A DNA stretch of 52,637 bases, taken from NCBI GenBank assembly GCA_032718475.1, contig JAUCBJ010007148.1:1-52637 (forward strand), written 5' to 3'. This DNA is from Nemertoderma westbladi (taxonomy: Eukaryota > Animalia > Xenacoelomorpha). Below are positions 48,165-52,637 of this stretch, one piece after another. The position numbers were made by a program, and so were the translations under genes. Within the stretch, counting starts at the first letter, position 1. Each line of letters starts with the position of its first letter. The notes under the pieces were generated by a model that made no database searches, had not been told where the DNA came from, and saw nothing but the letters and a program-made list of their open reading frames with translations.

Positions 48165-51100
48165 ATGTCTGATACTAAGCAGAACCTGTCAGACAGTTTA
48201 TTAGATGTAACTATCTGCGACTCAGATAGAGACGTACAACCGTCTGGTCGTAAGTTCAGTTCACCTCCCACTGTGAGGAAGGTCATCCCTCCAGTAGTAA
48301 TAACAGAACCTAGGCTAGTCCAACATCGTAGGTCTATCATAGGCACCCGAGCTCAGGTCAAGCGGGACCAAGAAGCAGCGGAACAGCAACGACCCGCTAG
48401 TCAAGAACTTATTCCTCAGCGGCCCAGCAGCTCCAGTAGTGAGGATACTGTAGAGCTGACACCCGAGCGCGGAGCAGAGATGACGGATGCGGTTTATACG
48501 GATCCCCTTCTCATCCTTCCTGCAGCCGTGCTCGCTGGGTTATTGATCGCGGTGGAAGAACACCAGATCGATTGGGCGAGAAGTCAACGGTCAACTAGAG
48601 ATAGTTATGCGGGATACACGAGTGAAGAACTGAAGTCTATTGTCGAGTCGCAATGGAACTTCCCCGGACCCGGACTCCCGTTTGATTTATCAGAAGCTGC
48701 CTGGGAAGACATACACCGGATGGGAGTAGCCAAGGAAACCATCGATCCAGCTGTGTGGAAGAGGTCCGCAGCCGGATACGCACAGGGATTCTTCAGCTCT
48801 ATGGAGCGAGTAAAAGAACAACTGTTTCATCAACCTCAAGGACCTCAAGAGCAGGGATTGCTGCTTTATCAAGTTAGAGAAAGAATTCTACGAATCAGGC
48901 TAATCTTATCAGCCTTTGAGGAGGCTTCTAAAAGAAGACAAGACACGTCGTTGCAAGTTCCCGTAAAGACTTGGTTTCAACGGGTGAGTCGCCAGGTTCA
49001 AGGAGCAGCTCAGTGGAAAGCTCAGTTGGAGGAGCGCTCAACCCATGGAGAATCAACAGACGCTACTTTTTCCCAAGTGGAAAGTGAAGCGACGGCAGAG
49101 AAACCGCATAAGAGGGATGCCATTGACATCTATCTGTCAGACTATCAACGTTTTTTAGGTAATGACAAGTTGAGGAGAAGGTTAGAGGGACTTAGCCCTA
49201 ATAGTGAAGGAACCAAGCTTGTGTTGGATGCCATCGATGTGGAAATGAGGGCTGCGAATCAGGCTAAATTTGATGAACAACTCCGCCTGACACGAGTCCA
49301 AGAAGAACAAGTAAAGAAAAAACGGATAGAAGATAGAAAGACAGCAGCAGCGGCAGTGGCAGCGGCAGAAGCGGATAGAAAAGCGGCAGAGGCAGCGGCA
49401 GAGGCAAAAGCGGCAGCGGCAGAGGCAGCGGCAGAGGCAAAAGCGGCAGCGGCAGAGGCAAAAGCGGCAGCTGCGGCCGAAGCGGAAAGAAAAATAGCAG
49501 TAGCAGAAGCAGAACGGAGGGCGGCTGAAGAAACCATCCAATTAGAATTGGAAAACATTCAGGAGAATCAAGACTGCATAAATAAACAGTTAACAGCTAG
49601 TAATATGCAGATGATGAATCGATCTACTCCCAAAAGACAGGGATATACATCATCTGAGGAAGGCGATACCACCGATACTGAAGGCAAAGGAAATAGATCT
49701 CGTCTAAGCAGACGTAAAAGAACATTCCACCGTCAGAAATTGCCTGATTTGCCTCCAGCTGTTAGAAAGCAACTAAATAGCACCAACTTAGGCAGTACAG
49801 AACCCACAGACCAAATAATTAAAATAGAAAGACTCCCTACAATAGTAGATGAGCTTGAAATAATTAGGCCTGTTCTCGAAATCACCCCTTCGGTGATAGA
49901 CACACCTGTGCTCCCTGAAGTTACCTCTAAATTCCCTCTGCATAGCACTAAGCTACCTGTGCCCCGTAGAACTGCCCCAGAGACAGTTCAGGTCCTGGAC
50001 CCCGAGCGAAATATTCATAATTTGTCGCCCGTTGTCCATCGTCCGCCCGCTACAACGTTGGCGACTCCCGCTTCGGCGGTCAAATGGGTGGACGAGGGAC
50101 GGCGGGGGATGGATATCCTGCTCGGGCAGATGCAGGAGACTGTCCAGCAATTCAAGGGCACAGTAAGGGAAAGTAGGCTAGAGTTGCAAGAAGTGCAGCA
50201 AAGTATCGCGCTAGAACGCGATAAATTAGTAAATACTCAAAGAGGTATACCGCCACCCTCTGTAACAATGTGTCAACCAGTTAGGTCTGAAGTATCTCAT
50301 GCGCAAGGTGTGGAGCCTACACGCATATATACTGCTAGCGAAGTAGAAACTCCTATAGTGAACCCTATTAAGGGTAATTATAGACCTGTTGATAATGACA
50401 TTCCCTATAGACCTGATCATAATCCGAGAAATTTATATACCAATAACTCGATATTAAATAACACGATGGCCCAAGAAAGTTTTACGCGCCAAATGGCTAG
50501 AACCGAAGCCCGGCAAGCGGTAAAGGTGGGAGAGATCGTCAAGTTCAATGGAGATGAGATGAAATGGTTACCTTTTAATGAATATTACAAAGATAACATA
50601 CAGAACTCTGTACTATCTAATGGAGAAAAACTTAGATACCTCATCGAGTGCTTGGAAGGATCTCCCAAGTTAATGGCGTTAAAGTTTATTGGACATCCAG
50701 ACGGATTAAGACAAGTTTGGGATACACTAAACATCAGGTATGGTAATAGGAATAATATCGCTGGGTACTTATATGCAAAGTTAGTAGCGCCCCGAAAGTT
50801 TATTAGTAGTGGAATTATCGAGTTTTCCGATGAGATCCAGGAGATCTGCAGACAATTAGATTGGCTAGGTAAGTCTCATGAGTATCAGAACACTATGGTT
50901 ATTAGAGCAGTGGCTTCTACTTTACCGAAAGGTGGAGTAGGTACACGCTGGGATAAGAAAGTGTTATATATGATGGAACAACAACGACGAGACCCTACCA
51001 TGGCTGATCTCATGTCATTCCTAGATGGAGAAGTGAAATTACAGCTCCTGAAACTGTCCAGAGAGAAGACACCGGAAAACAAGGTAAGTGAAAAACCCAT

Positions 51101-52637
51101 CTCTAGGAGAAAGGTAACACCAGTATGTTATACCGATGACGGCGAAAGCCAGACTTCTCAAGGAGAAGATAGCGGGAAGGACACGGATAGATCTTATTAC
51201 GTGAATAAAATGCCTAAAGATCAGGTAAGTAAATTCAAGTCTCGAACAAATGACAGGAGGGAACAGGTAAGAAAAACTCCTCCCACGTCTCCCAAGAGAA
51301 TTCAGGTGAGAAAACCCGAAGAAAAGGCAAGTGTACACAATGTGACTCAAAATAAGGTAAGTAACATCAAACCGAAATGTGCGCTGTGCGACGGGACCCA
51401 CCATTTGAATAGGTGTGATGAATTTCTAAAGAAATCATTAACAGAGAGACGCGAAGTCATGTGGGATAAGCGGTTATGTTATAATTGCCTCAGACAAGGA
51501 CACCAACGGCGAACCTGTTTCTCTGACATAAGGTGTGCAAAGTGTGGTGCGAAACATCATATCTTGTTGCACGCTGAATTCGATCGAAATAGTCCGAATC
51601 AGGTAAGTGATTCCGAGCTACATGTCCAATTCAGTGATGTGAACGACACTGATCAATCTGAGATGGAAGGATTCTATACAGACGAGTTCTCCGACGAAAA
51701 CGAATCCTGTTATATGATAAATACCGCAGTGTATCGAGCACTCACCTATGAAAAGGATCCAGACAACGACTTTACTCTAACTACTTCTGAGCGACAACCA
51801 TCTTGGAAAGAGCCATCTTCCAATGTAGGGATCCGAGAGTTTCCTGTGGTGCAAGTAAGGGTTCACGGACCTGAGAGGAGTTATGTAGTGAACGCCCTCC
51901 TTGACTCCGGTAGTACAGGAACATTCATCGATAAAGAGCTAGCCGAAGATATATTTGCTGGACAACCCAAGTTCCAAACTAAGCTCAACATGTCAGGCAT
52001 TATGCAAGTTTGGAAATCTACAATAACAGCTGATTATTATGTAGGAGCGTTGTCCACCCCCCAGGACGAACTAGGAGAACACAGCATAAGGTCAGTGAAA
52101 ATGGTGGCTATAAAGAACTTCGCTACTACTCAAGCAGACCTTTATAATTGGGACGAGGATGAGAGCATCCAACATCTTAACATACCTCGATTCCAGACTG
52201 ATTATCCTGGAGTGCAAATACTCATCGGCCAAAACGCGCATGAGGCGCTGGAGACGTTAGAGAAACGGCCTGCTCAACCGCAGCCCCTACAGACCTATGC
52301 GGTAAGAACTAGAGTATGTTGGTACTTTACTGGCCCTTCCCGTAGAACACTCAGAGAAAGACTACTGCCAGAGAGCGTATGCCAGGTGAGTGAATGGGAA
52401 GATGATACCAGTGAGGGAGACAACTCAACTGAGGGAATTCCATACTCCTCAGATAATGACGACGTTCACCAGCTTTTTGATGAGGAGAATACCATCGATC
52501 TCCTTAAGGAAAACGAGGCTTGGCAAAACCAAGTGAACTTATGTCAACTTCTCTATCCATCTGAACGAGAAGCTTATAACGACGAGTTAAATGACATCAT
52601 TGAGCGTTGCAATGCCAAGACTCGAGATGAACATGCT
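48165..52637 (+). CDS. gag-pol: BEL/Pao gag-pol polyprotein (>=1490 aa, open at the window end; absent from the ORF track)
   Basis: Spot-checked as one frame: Ala/Glu coiled coil; KFNGD..W..F...EKLRYL..CLEG (DUF1759-like); CALC..H..C, CYNC..GH..C, CAKC..HH.LLH; ALLDSGSTGTFI protease. Confidence 0.9.
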   Translation, partial: MSDTKQNLSDSLLDVTICDSDRDVQPSGRKFSSPPTVRKVIPPVVITEPRLVQHRRSIIGTRAQVKRDQEAAEQQRPASQELIPQRPSSSSSEDTVELTPERGAEMTDAVYTDPLLILPAAVLAGLLIAVEEHQIDWARSQRSTRDSYAGYTSEELKSIVESQWNFPGPGLPFDLSEAAWEDIHRMGVAKETIDPAVWKRSAAGYAQGFFSSMERVKEQLFHQPQGPQEQGLLLYQVRERILRIRLILSAFEEASKRRQDTSLQVPVKTWFQRVSRQVQGAAQWKAQLEERSTHGESTDATFSQVESEATAEKPHKRDAIDIYLSDYQRFLGNDKLRRRLEGLSPNSEGTKLVLDAIDVEMRAANQAKFDEQLRLTRVQEEQVKKKRIEDRKTAAAAVAAAEADRKAAEAAAEAKAAAAEAAAEAKAAAAEAKAAAAAEAERKIAVAEAERRAAEETIQLELENIQENQDCINKQLTASNMQMMNRSTPKRQGYTSSEEGDTTDTEGKGNRSRLSRRKRTFHRQKLPDLPPAVRKQLNSTNLGSTEPTDQIIKIERLPTIVDELEIIRPVLEITPSVIDTPVLPEVTSKFPLHSTKLPVPRRTAPETVQVLDPERNIHNLSPVVHRPPATTLATPASAVKWVDEGRRGMDILLGQMQETVQQFKGTVRESRLELQEVQQSIALERDKLVNTQRGIPPPSVTMCQPVRSEVSHAQGVEPTRIYTASEVETPIVNPIKGNYRPVDNDIPYRPDHNPRNLYTNNSILNNTMAQESFTRQMARTEARQAVKVGEIVKFNGDEMKWLPFNEYYKDNIQNSVLSNGEKLRYLIECLEGSPKLMALKFIGHPDGLRQVWDTLNIRYGNRNNIAGYLYAKLVAPRKFISSGIIEFSDEIQEICRQLDWLGKSHEYQNTMVIRAVASTLPKGGVGTRWDKKVLYMMEQQRRDPTMADLMSFLDGEVKLQLLKLSREKTPENKVSEKPISRRKVTPVCYTDDGESQTSQGEDSGKDTDRSYYVNKMPKDQVSKFKSRTNDRREQVRKTPPTSPKRIQVRKPEEKASVHNVTQNKVSNIKPKCALCDGTHHLNRCDEFLKKSLTERREVMWDKRLCYNCLRQGHQRRTCFSDIRCAKCGAKHHILLHAEFDRNSPNQVSDSELHVQFSDVNDTDQSEMEGFYTDEFSDENESCYMINTAVYRALTYEKDPDNDFTLTTSERQPSWKEPSSNVGIREFPVVQVRVHGPERSYVVNALLDSGSTGTFIDKELAEDIFAGQPKFQTKLNMSGIMQVWKSTITADYYVGALSTPQDELGEHSIRSVKMVAIKNFATTQADLYNWDEDESIQHLNIPRFQTDYPGVQILIGQNAHEALETLEKRPAQPQPLQTYAVRTRVCWYFTGPSRRTLRERLLPESVCQVSEWEDDTSEGDNSTEGIPYSSDNDDVHQLFDEENTIDLLKENEAWQNQVNLCQLLYPSEREAYNDELNDIIERCNAKTRDEHA

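Larger units (their letters stand above)
45382..52637 (+). mobile_element. BEL/Pao LTR retrotransposon, 5' half (runs off the window; LTR start uncertain)
   Basis: Candidate LTR with TATA (~45614) and AATAAA (~45728), ending ...GACA near 45861; TGGCG PBS-like site at ~45870; long leader; gag-protease ORF. Confidence 0.75.

Noticed and set aside
48113-51404. Minus-strand ORFs (Cys/Arg-, Ala- or Leu/Pro-rich)
   Set aside because: Antisense shadows of the long plus-strand gag-pol frame.

Overview
Eukaryotic (invertebrate-like, AT-rich) repeat-dense window with no recognisable host gene. Its backbone (~4.5-28 kb) is a dead Polinton/Maverick (adintovirus-type) endogenous virus on the minus strand: RING protein, packaging ATPase, pX-like peptide, chromodomain integrase, two pentons, a fragmented major capsid gene, adenain protease and a DEDD-fold nuclease; no PolB is visible. 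It is interrupted by a truncated LINE, a piggyBac-type MITE, other MITEs and a non-autonomous BEL/Pao element carrying an extra DEDD-exonuclease/CCHC ORF. To the right are an RTE LINE with a nested GalEa-type Copia, a near-intact two-ORF LINE, a ~200-220 bp satellite built from the 28S rRNA segment ending exactly at the R2 insertion site, a solo LTR, a truncated CR1/L2-type LINE with a hydrophobic ORF ending in a 2A-like motif, and the 5' half of a second BEL/Pao element. All calls come from reading motifs by eye; no searches were run.
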